Below, in pieces: positions 39,755-49,814 of a DNA stretch of 64,000 nt (positions are counted from its first letter, which is position 1; every line of letters begins with the position of its first letter). The position numbers and the translations under genes are program-made. The stretch is from an uncultured Pseudomonadota bacterium. GTDB lineage: Bacteria > Oederibacteriota > Muellerivitia > Muellerivitales > Muellerivitaceae. The notes beneath the pieces were generated by a model, which was not told where the DNA came from, searched no databases, and saw nothing but the letters and a program-made list of their open reading frames with translations. The DNA lies in NCBI GenBank assembly GCA_963770835.1, contig CAVYRH010000004.1:1-64000 (forward strand). Direction: 5' to 3'.

Positions 39755-39905
39755 TTATGTTTTGCCTGTATGTCAGGTAGATAGTTCCGATTTTTTTTGC
39801 AAGAAAAGAAAGCTTTTCATTCTCCCCGCGGGCCCTTAGGGTTTAAGTCCAAGAATCATGAGATGACTCATTCCCCCTAGGGATTTTGCCGCCTAAAATA
39901 AATTC

Positions 39906-40900
39906 ATGAATGCCATGATTTTACCGGCCCAAGGGCGGCCCTTGCGGCTTTCCGAACTGGAAAAACCAAAACCCGCCAAGGGCCAGGTGCTGGTTTAGGT
40001 GCGCGCCTGCGGAATCTGCCGCACCGACCTGCATGTGGTGGACGGGGATTTAAAAAATCCCAAGCTGCCCCTGGTGCCGGGCCACCAGATTGTAGGCATC
40101 GTGGAAGCCCTGGGAACCGGCGTTAAAAACGCGAAGGCCGGCGACCGGGTCGGCATCCCCTGGCTGGGGGGATCCTGCGGAAGCTGCGATTACTGCCGGT
40201 CGGGCCGGGAGAACCTCTGCGATAAGGCCCTCTATACCGGTTACCAGGTCAACGGCGGCTTCGCCGAATACGCGGTGGCGGACGCACGCTTCGTCTTTTC
40301 CATTCCCAAGGATTTCCTGGACCTTGAGGCCGCGCCGCTTCTTTGCGCGGGGTTGATCGGCTGGCGGGCTTATAAGATGGCGGGGCCGGGTAAGAGGCTG
40401 GGATTTTACGGCTTCGGCGCGGCCGCCCATTTACTCACCAGGTGGCCCGGCACCAGGGCCGGGAAGTTTACGCCTTCACCCGGGCGGGCGACGGGGAATC
40501 CCAGGCCTTCGCTAGGAAGCTGGGCGCCGTATGGGCAGGAGCCTCGGGGGCTATGCCCCCCGTTTCCCTCGACGCGGCCATCCTCTTCGCGCCCGCGGGC
40601 GACCTGGTGCCTGCGGCCCTGCAAGCCGTGGCCAAGGGCGGGACGGTGGTCTGCGTGGGAATCCACATGAGCGACATCCCCTCCTTCCCCTATGAAATCC
40701 TCTGGGGAGAGCGGATTGTCCGGTCCGTGGCCAACCTGACCCGCAAGGATGGGGAGGAGTTCCTAAAGCTGGCCCCCAAGATCCCCATCCACAGCGAAGT
40801 GACGGTTTATCCGCTGGAAAAGGCCAATGAGGCCCTGTCGGACCTGCGCGAAGGCAAATTGCAAGGGGCGGCGGTGCTGCAGGTTTCTTCAGGGGATTAA
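39906..40900 (+). pseudogene. Zinc-dependent alcohol dehydrogenase with an in-frame TAG (39996) and a frameshift (near 40440); pseudogene or sequence error
   Basis: [24 protein letters not shown]...[14 protein letters not shown] and ERIVRSVANLTR motifs. Confidence 0.75.
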
Positions 40901-40913
40901 AATGAAAAAATAA

Positions 40914-42176
40914 TTACTTAGTACTACCCGGCACCGAGCCCTCCGGATTGCCAGCGGGATCGGGAGTCGGTGTGGCAGCCGTGGGCACCATGGTAGGAAA
41001 TGGGGAGGATCCGGGGATAATAACCGGAACCATCGAGTCTTCCTGGGCGGAGGCCGGCGCCTTCCAATCGATTTCGGGAATTTTTCCTTGCACCAGTTTC
41101 AAGTTCGCTTTTTTCTTAGAGAGTTTCTTTAAATAAAGGTAAAACCTCGTTGCCGCTTCCTTGGTCATGGGCCGGGGGTCGAAGGTCACCTGGGCGTTAT
41201 AGACGTTCAGGGGCACGATTTTCCCGCCCAGCCACTTGCCCCTTTCCCCGAAACCGAGGAACAGGATGCCGCTCTGGCTGATGGCGGTCAGTGTGCCGAA
41301 GGCAAAGTTGCCGATGGCATAGGCGATGGGCTTGCCATGGTACACCTCCAGCTGCTGCCAGATATGGGGGTGGTGGCAGACAACAGCGTCGGCTCCCGCG
41401 TCGATAGCCAGGTGCGCCAGTTCGGGCTGGTAGCCGCGCAGCCGCGTGTGCTTTTCCTGACCCCAGTGGCAGCAGACGACCACCACATCCGCGCCCTGGA
41501 GCCGGGCCTTTTGGATGTCCTCCCGCATGTCAGGTCCGGAAGCCGCCGCACAGCCGGCGCGGTCCTCCCTGGCCCAATACTCGGTGGGGTAGGTGAGGGA
41601 ATAGGCCAGCACTGCCACCTTGTGACCCTTTACTTCGAACCAGGCGGGCTTTCGGGCCAAGGCGTCGTTCATGTCCGCCCCGCAATGCTTTAAGCCCTGG
41701 GTGTCCAGGGCCGAGAGGGTGGACTGGAGGGCCTCCACCCCGAAGTCCATGGTGTGGTTGTTGGCCAGTGTCAGCAGCTTGAAACCCGCGTGGGCCAGCC
41801 CCACGGCCGAGGAGGGGTCCACCAGGAAGTTGTACTTTTTATGGGGAAACTTTTCGCCGGCCGTGCCCAAAGGTCCTTCCAAGTTGCCCATGGCGATGTC
41901 GGCTTGTTTCAACAAGGGGGAGGTACGGGTGAAAAAAGAGTCGGGCCCCTCGGTTTTAAGTTTGTAGGCCGCCGAGCCGCCCATCATAATGTCACCGGTG
42001 AAGGCCAAGGTGATGGGAGTGTTGGAGACGGCCATGGGTGCCGGCGTGGGTGAAACGGTCGGGGCCGGTGCGGGTGGGACCTCCCCAGGTTTTTGGACAA
42101 GCTTTTGCACCGGTGCGCAACCACCCAGCACGAGCATCAGGGCGAAACCCAGCGTTAATGAGTGTCTCAAGGGCAT
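40914..42176 (-). CDS. CapA family (PGA_cap) metallophosphoesterase lipoprotein
   Basis: Lipobox LGGC; GDIM, GNLEGP, LANNHTMDFG, HWGQE and HHPH motifs. Confidence 0.88.
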   Translation of the reverse strand: MPLRHSLTLGFALMLVLGGCAPVQKLVQKPGEVPPAPAPTVSPTPAPMAVSNTPITLAFTGDIMMGGSAAYKLKTEGPDSFFTRTSPLLKQADIAMGNLEGPLGTAGEKFPHKKYNFLVDPSSAVGLAHAGFKLLTLANNHTMDFGVEALQSTLSALDTQGLKHCGADMNDALARKPAWFEVKGHKVAVLAYSLTYPTEYWAREDRAGCAAASGPDMREDIQKARLQGADVVVVCCHWGQEKHTRLRGYQPELAHLAIDAGADAVVCHHPHIWQQLEVYHGKPIAYAIGNFAFGTLTAISQSGILFLGFGERGKWLGGKIVPLNVYNAQVTFDPRPMTKEAATRFYLYLKKLSKKKANLKLVQGKIPEIDWKAPASAQEDSMVPVIIPGSSPFPTMVPTAATPTPDPAGNPEGSVPGSTK

Positions 42177-42308
42177 GGGCAGTATTCTAACTTCAATTTT
42201 GAGTTATGAATTTTGAATTTTGAATTTTTGTCAATTTCCTTTCGGGAAAGCGAAAGGAAATTTCCACCATAATTGAGAATTAAACATTAAGAATTCGCGG
42301 AGTGAATA

Positions 42309-43373
42309 GTGAAACAACCGAACCGCCGGGTCATGATCATTCTTTCCCTTTTTCTGGTGGGAATCATGGTGCTGGCCATGGGTATGGCCTTTTTCAGCGA
42401 CGGCCACAAGCTTTTGGACGCCATCCACCACATCCACGCCGAACAGATGCTCTTTGCCCTGCTTTGCACGGGCATCGCCTACCTGGCCTTCACCCTTTCC
42501 TTCAACGGCCTCTTCGAAATGACGCCCTACCGGGTGCCCTTCAACCGGTTTTTCTCCATCATGTTCATTTCTTATACGATCAACTTCATCGTTTCGACCG
42601 GTGGCTGGGCGGGCATCGCCTTGAGAAGCTATCTTCTGCGGTTCGAAAAAGTTCCCTATTCGGTGACCATTCCCATTTCCGCGGCCCAGAACATGGTTTT
42701 TAACATCGTCCTGGCCTGCGTTTCCTTCGGCGGCCTTATCTACCTGCGGGAACACCCTGAATTCGTGACCGGGCCTTGGCAGGACGTGGTCCTGGCCGTC
42801 ATGCTGGGCTTGGTGGCCTTGGTGGCCCTCATGCTGCTCTTGTTCTTCAATCAGCGGATCCGCAAGTGGTTCCTGAGGATCGTCATCCGCTTTGGGGATT
42901 GGCTGGGGCGGACTTTCTTCAGGAAAAATACCAGCCACCAGCGCCTGGTGGAAATCCGCAACAACCTGGAAGAAACTATCCAATTCCTGCACCGGGGCTG
43001 GGTCCAGCTTTTGGTGGTGACCTTTTGGGTGGCCATGGACTGGGGCTTCCAGGCCCTGGCCCTCTTCTTCTGCTTCCGCGCCGTAGGGCTTGACCTGCCC
43101 TTAGGGCTCCTCCTGGTCGGTTTTATGGTGATGAACCTGACCTCCAACTTCAACCCGGTGCCCGCCGGCTTGGGGATCAGCGAGGCTCTCTTGGCCGGGA
43201 CTTTCAAACTGCTGGGGGTAGAGTTTGAAAAGGCAGTAGTGGCCGCCCTGTTATTCCGCTTTGTTTTCTTCCTCTTACCCATGGCGGTTTCCACGGCCCT
43301 TTACCTGGATACCATGCGGACCTTCCTGAAAAAGGAAGATGCTATCGAGGATGCGGTCAAAAGCCGGTCATAA
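42309..43373 (+). CDS. Lysylphosphatidylglycerol synthase TM-domain (flippase-like) membrane protein
   Basis: Polytopic; PAGLGISEA and ALLFRFV motifs. Confidence 0.8.
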   Translation: MKQPNRRVMIILSLFLVGIMVLAMGMAFFSDGHKLLDAIHHIHAEQMLFALLCTGIAYLAFTLSFNGLFEMTPYRVPFNRFFSIMFISYTINFIVSTGGWAGIALRSYLLRFEKVPYSVTIPISAAQNMVFNIVLACVSFGGLIYLREHPEFVTGPWQDVVLAVMLGLVALVALMLLLFFNQRIRKWFLRIVIRFGDWLGRTFFRKNTSHQRLVEIRNNLEETIQFLHRGWVQLLVVTFWVAMDWGFQALALFFCFRAVGLDLPLGLLLVGFMVMNLTSNFNPVPAGLGISEALLAGTFKLLGVEFEKAVVAALLFRFVFFLLPMAVSTALYLDTMRTFLKKEDAIEDAVKSRS

Positions 43374-43462
43374 AACCCTTATGGGTTTAAATTCTTAAAA
43401 TCCACTAAATCCGAATAAAAAGCCTCCAAAATAGGGTTCCACCCCGAGGGTGTAACTTTTTA

Positions 43463-43513
43463 TTGACTTGATCCATATCGACTAATATAATCTGTTTTAT
43501 AAAAGACAGATTA
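43463..43513 (+). promoter_or_regulatory. Sigma-70 promoter with overlapping candidate operators
   Basis: TTGACT-N17-TATAAT (43463-43491); HAIR-like CTTGATC-N7-ACTAATA; inverted repeat TAATCTGT-N10-ACAGATTA (43488-43513). Confidence 0.65.
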
Positions 43514-43563
43514 AGTATAACCTAATGAATAGGTTTTATAAGTAGTTTGAAAAGGAGAGAGCC

Positions 43564-44415
43564 ATGGAAAAGTTACCATTCTTCAGCGAAGAGAAATCAG
43601 TGGGGACCTACCTCAAGGAAATCGCCCGAGTGCCTCTTTTAACCCCCGAAGAGGAAAAGAAGGTCAGCCGCGCGGCCAAAAAAGGGGATCAACAGGCCCT
43701 AACCCGGATGGTGGAATCCAACCTGCGTTTCGTGGTTTCCATCGCCAAGGGCTACCGCAACCGGGGGCTTTCGTTCCTCGACCTCATTAATGAGGGCAAT
43801 TTGGGATTGATGAAGGCCGCCCGAACTTTCGACCCCGAAAGGGGCGTGCGGTTCGTTTCCTACGCCGTGTGGTGGATACGCCAATCCATTTTGGCGGCCA
43901 TCCTGGACAAGGCGGATATGGTGCGCATCCCCCAAAGCCAGACCAAGAAGATCCGCAAGATCAACAAGCAGATGGAAGCCATGCGGCAGAAAGCCGGCGG
44001 GCCGGTGAGCGATAGCGAGGTCATGAAAAAGGCCGACATCAGCCGGGAGACGCTGGACGAGGTCCAGCAGTTCTCCCACGGTTACATGAGCCTGGACACC
44101 ACCCGGGTGGGGGACAGCGAAAAGCCCATCATCGAATTCCTGCGCGATCCCAAGGACCAGGACAGCTTCGAAAAGGCCTTGATGGACAAGGACCTAACGG
44201 AGAAACTGCAGAAGGCCTTGGGTATCCTGGAGCATCGGGACGAGAAGATTCTCACCTGGCGCTACGGCTTGGACGGCAAGGGAGGCCAGACCCTGGATGA
44301 GATCGGGAAGCGCCTGAACATCTCCAAGGAAAGGGTGCGCCAGATCGAGGAGCGGGCCATGAAGAAAATCCGCGCCTCCAAGGCAGCGGACAACCTGAAG
44401 GATTACGTGGCGTAA
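43564..44415 (+). CDS. Sigma-70 family sigma factor lacking region 1.1 (alternative, RpoD/RpoS-like)
   Basis: YLKEI...LLTPEEE, NLRFVVSIAK, DLINEGNLGL, YAVWWIRQ and TLDEIG...SKERVRQIE motifs. Confidence 0.92.
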   Translation: MEKLPFFSEEKSVGTYLKEIARVPLLTPEEEKKVSRAAKKGDQQALTRMVESNLRFVVSIAKGYRNRGLSFLDLINEGNLGLMKAARTFDPERGVRFVSYAVWWIRQSILAAILDKADMVRIPQSQTKKIRKINKQMEAMRQKAGGPVSDSEVMKKADISRETLDEVQQFSHGYMSLDTTRVGDSEKPIIEFLRDPKDQDSFEKALMDKDLTEKLQKALGILEHRDEKILTWRYGLDGKGGQTLDEIGKRLNISKERVRQIEERAMKKIRASKAADNLKDYVA

Positions 44416-44487
44416 AATATCCGAAGATTGTCCGTTCGCGCCTGGATTCCGGCAGGTAAGGGGCGCTGAGCGGCCAAGGGGAAAAAA

Positions 44488-44805
44488 ATGGAAGTCGGTC
44501 CGGAACATCCGGTTTATACCATCAGTGTGGTGGCCCAACTGCTGGGGCTGCATGAGCAGACCATCCGCCAATACGAGCGGTTGGGGCTCATCAACCCCTG
44601 CCGGACCATCCGCAAGACGCGGCTTTATTCGCAAAACGACATCGAACGGCTCGAATGCATCAATTACCTCGTCAGAACCTGCGGGGTCAATCTTTCGGGC
44701 GTGAAAATCGTGATCACCTTGTCGTGCCAGCACCCGGAGATCGAACAACTCCTGAAATCCAGGAGGATTCATCCCCAGAACCTGGAAGGACCTTCCGAGA
44801 TTTGA
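44488..44805 (+). CDS. hspR: MerR family regulator, HspR-like
   Basis: PVYTISVVAQLLGLHEQTIRQYERLGLI, RLYSQNDIE and GVNLSGV motifs. Confidence 0.75.
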   Translation: MEVGPEHPVYTISVVAQLLGLHEQTIRQYERLGLINPCRTIRKTRLYSQNDIERLECINYLVRTCGVNLSGVKIVITLSCQHPEIEQLLKSRRIHPQNLEGPSEI

Positions 44806-44839
44806 GTTCGGTTTATCATTGAAAGTGGGAGGCAGTGCC

Positions 44840-46390
44840 ATGTCCAATTTTAAAATTTCCAGTTACGGCCGTTCGGCCTGGCTGAAGGGCGTGCGGTTTT
44901 TCGCCGCGGCCGCCTTGGCCTTTTCCGGCCTTATCCCCGTTTTGGCCTCGGCCGCCGAGTTGAAGCTGCCCACTGAGGAAGCGGCGCCGGTCAGCGCCGC
45001 CAACAGCGCCGCCCTGGCCCTGCAAAACGCCTTCATCGACGTGGCCGCCAAGGTGAGCCCGGCGGTGGTCAATATTAGCTCCGAGTGGACCGAAGATGTG
45101 CGGGGGATGAATGATTTCGGCAATATGAACGACTTTTTTAATTATTGGTTTTACGGGCCCCACGGCCAGCCGAACCAACGCATGATGAAACAAAAACAGC
45201 GCAGCCTGGGGTCGGGGTTCCTCATCACTGACGACGGCTACATCGTGACCAACGCCCATGTGGTAGGCAAGGCCGAGAAAGTGACCGTCACCTTCGAGGA
45301 CGGCACCACTTACCCCGCCAAGATCGTGGGCAAGGATGAGAAGGTGGACATCGCCGTGGTGAAGATCTCCGACGGCAAGAAGACATTCCCGTACGCCATC
45401 CTGGGCGACTCGGATGCCCTCAAGGTCGGGCAATGGGCCATCGCTATCGGCAATCCCTTCGCCCTGGACCACACGGTGACCACGGGTGTCATTTCCGCCA
45501 AGGGCCGCAGCGTGGAGGTCAGCCAGGACCAGGGCATCCAGAACTACATCCAAACCGACGCTTCCATCAACCCGGGCAATTCGGGCGGGCCCCTTTGTGA
45601 CATCGAAGGCCGCGTCATCGGCATCAACAGCGCCATTTACAGCCAATCGGGAGGATCGGTAGGCATCGGCTTTGCCATCCCTTCCAACATCGCCCGCAAG
45701 GCCGCCGAAGACCTGGTCAATAACGGAAAGATCATTCGCGCCGGGCTGGGCTGCATCGTGCAGGGATTAAGTCCCCAAATGGCCAAGAGCTTCGGGCTTA
45801 GCACCACGGAAGGCGCCCTATTGTCGGAGATCAATCCCGACAGCGCGGCGCAAAAGGCGGGCTTGAAGGCGGGGGACATCGTCCTGGCCGTCAATGGGGA
45901 AAAAATCATCAGCTCAGGAGATTTGGTGGCCAAACTTTACACCCACAGCCCGGGGGAAACAGTGGAACTCACCATCCTCAGGAACGGCGCCCAAAGCACC
46001 GTGCCCGTCACCCTGCAGGAACTCAAAGAAACCGCCGCCAAGCCTGGGGAACCTTCCGATGAGGACAACCGTGGAACGGCCCAGCCCGGTCAAGGCCAAA
46101 ACGACAACCTGGGCTTCAGCTTCCAGGACCAAACCCCGGACATCGTCAGCCAGCTTCCGGCTGGGGCCCCCAAAGGCCCGGTGGTGACCAATGTCATCCA
46201 ACAAGGCCCGGCGGCCCAGGCGGGCCTGCAGGCCGGCGACGTGGTGATAAAAGTCGGCAACACGGCCATCGTCTCGGCCCGGCAGCTCGCGGTCGTGCTG
46301 AAGAAGAGCGACCTGAAGAGCGGCGTAAGGCTTTATCTATGGCGCGACGGCACCAACTTGTTCGCTTTCCTGCAGTCAGGGGACGAGTAA
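44840..46390 (+). CDS. degP: DegP/HtrA (Do family) serine protease with two PDZ domains
   Basis: GSGF, TNAHVV, DIAVVK and TDASINPGNSGGPL motifs; two PDZ domains; signal peptide. Confidence 0.92.
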   Translation: MSNFKISSYGRSAWLKGVRFFAAAALAFSGLIPVLASAAELKLPTEEAAPVSAANSAALALQNAFIDVAAKVSPAVVNISSEWTEDVRGMNDFGNMNDFFNYWFYGPHGQPNQRMMKQKQRSLGSGFLITDDGYIVTNAHVVGKAEKVTVTFEDGTTYPAKIVGKDEKVDIAVVKISDGKKTFPYAILGDSDALKVGQWAIAIGNPFALDHTVTTGVISAKGRSVEVSQDQGIQNYIQTDASINPGNSGGPLCDIEGRVIGINSAIYSQSGGSVGIGFAIPSNIARKAAEDLVNNGKIIRAGLGCIVQGLSPQMAKSFGLSTTEGALLSEINPDSAAQKAGLKAGDIVLAVNGEKIISSGDLVAKLYTHSPGETVELTILRNGAQSTVPVTLQELKETAAKPGEPSDEDNRGTAQPGQGQNDNLGFSFQDQTPDIVSQLPAGAPKGPVVTNVIQQGPAAQAGLQAGDVVIKVGNTAIVSARQLAVVLKKSDLKSGVRLYLWRDGTNLFAFLQSGDE

Positions 46391-46427
46391 TAACACCCAG
46401 TTCTATTTAGTCGTTTCAAGCATGATC

Positions 46428-46463
46428 AAAGCCCCGGTGAAGAAACCGGGGCTTTTTCTTTTT
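46428..46463 (+). terminator. Intrinsic terminator
   Basis: AAAGCCCCGGT-GAAGAA-ACCGGGGCTTTTT. Confidence 0.85.
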
Positions 46464-46586
46464 CCTCGGAGGAACCCGACCCGGTTGCGATACGACTAAA
46501 TTTGGTCCAATCTTGTCTTGAAACCTCGATGGCCCCCTGGTTACAATTTTTCCTCCCCCGCTTGAAGGCGGAAGGAAAGAGGGCCC

Positions 46587-47567
46587 ATGTACCTGAACTA
46601 CCGCTTAACCGTCCCCGACGACCTGGAAGCCTGCTACCCCTTCATCCGCGACCGCTTTCATTACGATGAGCGGTTGAAAAAAGACGTTCTCTCCCTTTGG
46701 AAAACCCTCATTGGGGATGGTTGCTGTATTTCCCAGGTCATCGAAGACCGGGACCAGCCCGTGGACAAGCGCCACGTGGGTTTCGGCATCAGCATGTTCG
46801 CCACCGACCGCTTCATGGAGGAGGCCAAGACAACCCTTCCCCCCTTTACCCACCTAAGGGTGCTGGAAAAATGGAAGCGCGGCATCCGGCCATTCCTTAA
46901 GAAAGCCGACGTGACTCCCGCCCAAACGGGCCGGGGCCTGAACGTGGTGGCCCTTCACTACGGCTGGGATTTCCAACGATACGACCTGGAAAACTACATC
47001 AAGATCCGGCAGTTTTGCACCCAAGCCTTCCTGACCCTGGTCTCCGGTTACCGGGTGAAGGAATTCGCCGAGGAAGTCTACGAGGTCGAGGAAAGGGAAC
47101 TTATCACCAACCTGGGCTGCGACACCTACCGCGATTACAAGGAGTTCCTGGGTACCAAATACCTGCCTCCCGCCATGGACAAGGGCCATCCTTTTCTCAT
47201 GGGTATCACCGCCGAAGCCGCCCGGAAAAAACCCGGCACCGCCGCCGCGGCCATTGCCTTGCTGGGGTCCCCCCGGTTCAACTTCCAGCCTGCGGAGCAG
47301 GAAATCCTCAAGCGCGCCCTCCTGGGCGAAACCGACGAGGAGATCGCCGCGGCCCTGGGTATCTCGCTCATCACGGTGAAAAAACGCTGGCAAGGAATCT
47401 ACGACAAGGTGGCGGCGGTGGATTCGGAACTGCTGGCCGAGGCCTCCGAAGAAAGCAATGAAAGCGGGAAGATCAAACAGCGCCGCCGTTACCTGCTGAA
47501 GAATCTGCGCGACCATCCCGAGGAACTCTGGCCCGCCGTGGCTTCCGGCGCCGCCGAGGGCTCCTAG
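46587..47567 (+). CDS. Putative transcriptional regulator: GNAT-like N-terminus, LuxR-like C-terminal HTH
   Basis: C-terminal FQPAEQEIL...GETDEEIAAALGISLITVKKRWQGIYDKV. The GNAT assignment of the N-terminal pattern is weak. Confidence 0.65.
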   Translation: MYLNYRLTVPDDLEACYPFIRDRFHYDERLKKDVLSLWKTLIGDGCCISQVIEDRDQPVDKRHVGFGISMFATDRFMEEAKTTLPPFTHLRVLEKWKRGIRPFLKKADVTPAQTGRGLNVVALHYGWDFQRYDLENYIKIRQFCTQAFLTLVSGYRVKEFAEEVYEVEERELITNLGCDTYRDYKEFLGTKYLPPAMDKGHPFLMGITAEAARKKPGTAAAAIALLGSPRFNFQPAEQEILKRALLGETDEEIAAALGISLITVKKRWQGIYDKVAAVDSELLAEASEESNESGKIKQRRRYLLKNLRDHPEELWPAVASGAAEGS

Positions 47568-47610
47568 CCTCTTTCCTTCAGGCCCCATAGGGTCGTTTTT
47601 CCGCCCCAAA

Positions 47611-47641
47611 ATAAATTCCGGAATTTATACCAAAGGTATAA
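47611..47641. promoter_or_regulatory. Two overlapping palindromes, candidate operator
   Basis: Perfect ATAAATTCCGGAATTTAT (47611-47628) and TTATACC-AAA-GGTATAA (47625-47641). Confidence 0.5.
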
Positions 47642-47731
47642 GACCTTTTTGACCTTTCCCGACAGAATGCGCCTCCATCAGGGGCTTGCGGCGAATTTGC
47701 TGATCCCCTGAAAATCAAAAAGGAGGCCGTT

Positions 47732-48124
47732 ATGAAACCAGTTTCAGTCCAAATCGCCTATGACAACCAATACCCCGACTTCATCACCCTAAGGATCGAA
47801 GGGGAGATCCGGATCGGGACCTTGGAGCCCATCGAGAAGAACCTGGAGAACATCTATCCCGTCTGCAAGGGAAAGAAAGTCCTCTTCGATTTGACGGGAG
47901 TGACTTTCGTTAGCAGCACCGGATGGAGCATGTTCCTGACCGCCTGCAAGCGCATTGTGGAAGAGGGGGGAAGATTTCTCCTGACCGGAATGAACACCGA
48001 GGTCCACGATGCCTTCGAACTTTTGGAGTTCCAGGAATTTATGGAAAACTATCCCACTCCAGCCGCGGCTTTGCAGGAAGCCCTGGAGGAAGACCTTCTT
48101 CTGCGGGAAAAGTTCCAGCGGTAG
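47732..48124 (+). CDS. STAS-domain anti-sigma factor antagonist
   Basis: LFDLTGVTFVSSTG, GGRFLLTGM and FELLEF motifs; AGGAGG RBS. Confidence 0.85.
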   Translation: MKPVSVQIAYDNQYPDFITLRIEGEIRIGTLEPIEKNLENIYPVCKGKKVLFDLTGVTFVSSTGWSMFLTACKRIVEEGGRFLLTGMNTEVHDAFELLEFQEFMENYPTPAAALQEALEEDLLLREKFQR

Positions 48125-48154
48125 AGAACGGGGTATTTTGATCCCCGGGAATTT

Positions 48155-48568
48155 TTATTTGAGGACGAACTGGAAGAAAAGAAGCAGCCAAATTACCGAA
48201 TTGCAAAGGTGCCCGGTCCAGCAGACACGACACTCCAGTTTGTCCCGGATAAGAATCCAGGCCAGAATGATGGTCATTAGGAACGCGAAGCTCGCGGCGG
48301 CAAAAAGAAGCCAGAAAGTCCAGTGGAGGACCAGCCCCGTACCCAGCAGGGGATAGTAAAAGACCCCTAAGAGGGAATTGGGAACGCCTAAAAGGGCGGC
48401 ATTCTTGGTGCGGAACAACACCTGGCAGCCGCCCGCCTCGAGGCGACAGATGTTGGGACCGGTCAGGAAAGCCGGCAAAGTTTTGTAGCGCCCATAAAGG
48501 GCGATAGCGGCGGCCAGCCAACCGGCTCCCAAAGCTAACCCTAAAAGAATATCCATTAGCCTCATCAT
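48155..48568 (-). CDS. Vitamin K epoxide reductase (VKOR) family protein
   Basis: Loop cysteines CRLEAGGC, LGVPNSLLG and CxxC (CRVC) within a TM context. Confidence 0.8.
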   Translation of the reverse strand: MMRLMDILLGLALGAGWLAAAIALYGRYKTLPAFLTGPNICRLEAGGCQVLFRTKNAALLGVPNSLLGVFYYPLLGTGLVLHWTFWLLFAAASFAFLMTIILAWILIRDKLECRVCWTGHLCNSVIWLLLFFQFVLK

Positions 48569-48578
48569 AAGCCTGCTC

Positions 48579-49112
48579 CTAAGCTTTTTTCACCACGGCC
48601 TTCCGCTGCCGGGGCCCCCAGTTGAAAATCCATTGGATCCAGGGAAGCAGGGGATGGCCCGCCACCTTATTCATAAAGAAAAGCTCGTGGTCCCGTTCGG
48701 CTGCGGTCATGGCGTGGAGTTCCCGGGCCATTTCCTTGAAGCCCAGGGCCCGGGCGTGGAAGGCGGCGTCCTCATATTGGTCCACGTTGCCGAACTCCAG
48801 GCGCCCCGCGAAATACATGGGGAAAAACCAGCCCGTGTAAGGGCAAAGGGCCCCCAGGGTGGCCCCGATGGTTCCGATCGCCAGCTCCAGGGGAAGGAAG
48901 GGCTTCGCGCGAAGCTCCGTCAGCATTCGCCGGACAGCCGCGCGGTGCACCCATTCTTCCTTTTCAATGCGACTGATGCCCTCCACTTCGTCCGGGGCGG
49001 TGACGGCCTGCCAATGACCGTGATAGGCCCGGGCCGCTCCCAGCTCCCCGGCGTGGGCGTATTGGAGGATTTTCACCAGCTTCTTTAAGTGAAGTTCCCT
49101 TTCCATTTTCAT
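48579..49112 (-). CDS. Ferritin-like di-iron protein (COQ7 / demethoxyubiquinone hydroxylase-like)
   Basis: HAGELGAARAY, EEWVH and AERDHE (ExxH twice). Confidence 0.75.
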   Translation of the reverse strand: MKMERELHLKKLVKILQYAHAGELGAARAYHGHWQAVTAPDEVEGISRIEKEEWVHRAAVRRMLTELRAKPFLPLELAIGTIGATLGALCPYTGWFFPMYFAGRLEFGNVDQYEDAAFHARALGFKEMARELHAMTAAERDHELFFMNKVAGHPLLPWIQWIFNWGPRQRKAVVKKA

Positions 49113-49131
49113 GGCCGCCTTTCACACTATT

Positions 49132-49197
49132 TTTGAACACGTTCAAATTATCACTTGACGCGGGAAGAGTGTCAAGCTAAAATTTGAACGTGTTCAA
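49132..49197. promoter_or_regulatory. Divergent promoters with two palindromic operators (likely TetR sites)
   Basis: TTGAACACGTTCAA at 49133 and TTGAACGTGTTCAA at 49184; TTGACG-N17-TAAAAT on the + strand and TTGACA-N17-GATAAT on the - strand. Confidence 0.75.
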
Positions 49198-49214
49198 TTA
49201 CTGAAGGAGAGGCC

Positions 49215-49814
49215 ATGAGGATCATCTTCGGAAAATTCAATTTGGAAGACCCCAAGGTTCGGCAGGATTGGGGAGGACGGGCCTCCTCCGCCGACCTTAG
49301 GTTCCGGGGGAAGGGAAAACACGACCGTTACGACCTGGACCTGCCCCGGCCCACTACATGGTCCCCGGCGGAACTATTCCAGTGGGCGACCGGAGAAGTG
49401 GCTGGATACCGCGCCTTCCCACCCGGCCGGATGAAGGCCCTGGTGGACGCCCCGGGGGGCCGGGTGGCGAAGGGGGCAACCATCCTCCAGGGTGTCTTTG
49501 TCGGCCCTTTCCGTTTGCGGATGGCGGACCGGGTTTTGGATGTTTTTGAGGGGGAGAATGAAAAGGAAAAATGGTCGGGGTTCACCTACGGCACGCTCCA
49601 AGGCCACGCCGAAAGGGGGATCGAAACCTTCCGGGTGGCCTGGGACAAGGCTTCGGGAAAGGTTCACTTTTCCATGGAAGCCTGGTCCAATCCCGGCCAT
49701 TGGCTGGTGTGGATCTTCTATCCCTGGGCGCGTTGGGTGCAGAAGAAGGCGGGGAGGGAAGCAATAGGATACATGAAAGAGCGTTTGGAAAATTTGAAAG
49801 GCGGTGGCGCATGA
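49215..49814 (+). CDS. DUF1990 family protein
   Basis: GFTYGTLQGHAERGIETF motif. Confidence 0.8.
   Translation: MRIIFGKFNLEDPKVRQDWGGRASSADLRFRGKGKHDRYDLDLPRPTTWSPAELFQWATGEVAGYRAFPPGRMKALVDAPGGRVAKGATILQGVFVGPFRLRMADRVLDVFEGENEKEKWSGFTYGTLQGHAERGIETFRVAWDKASGKVHFSMEAWSNPGHWLVWIFYPWARWVQKKAGREAIGYMKERLENLKGGGA

Noticed and set aside
39996..39998. In-frame TAG in adh as stop-codon recoding or pyrrolysine
   Set aside because: TAG ends other intact genes here (for example at 2155, 3734, 47567 and 60562) and the same gene also has a frameshift, so an error or pseudogene is simpler.
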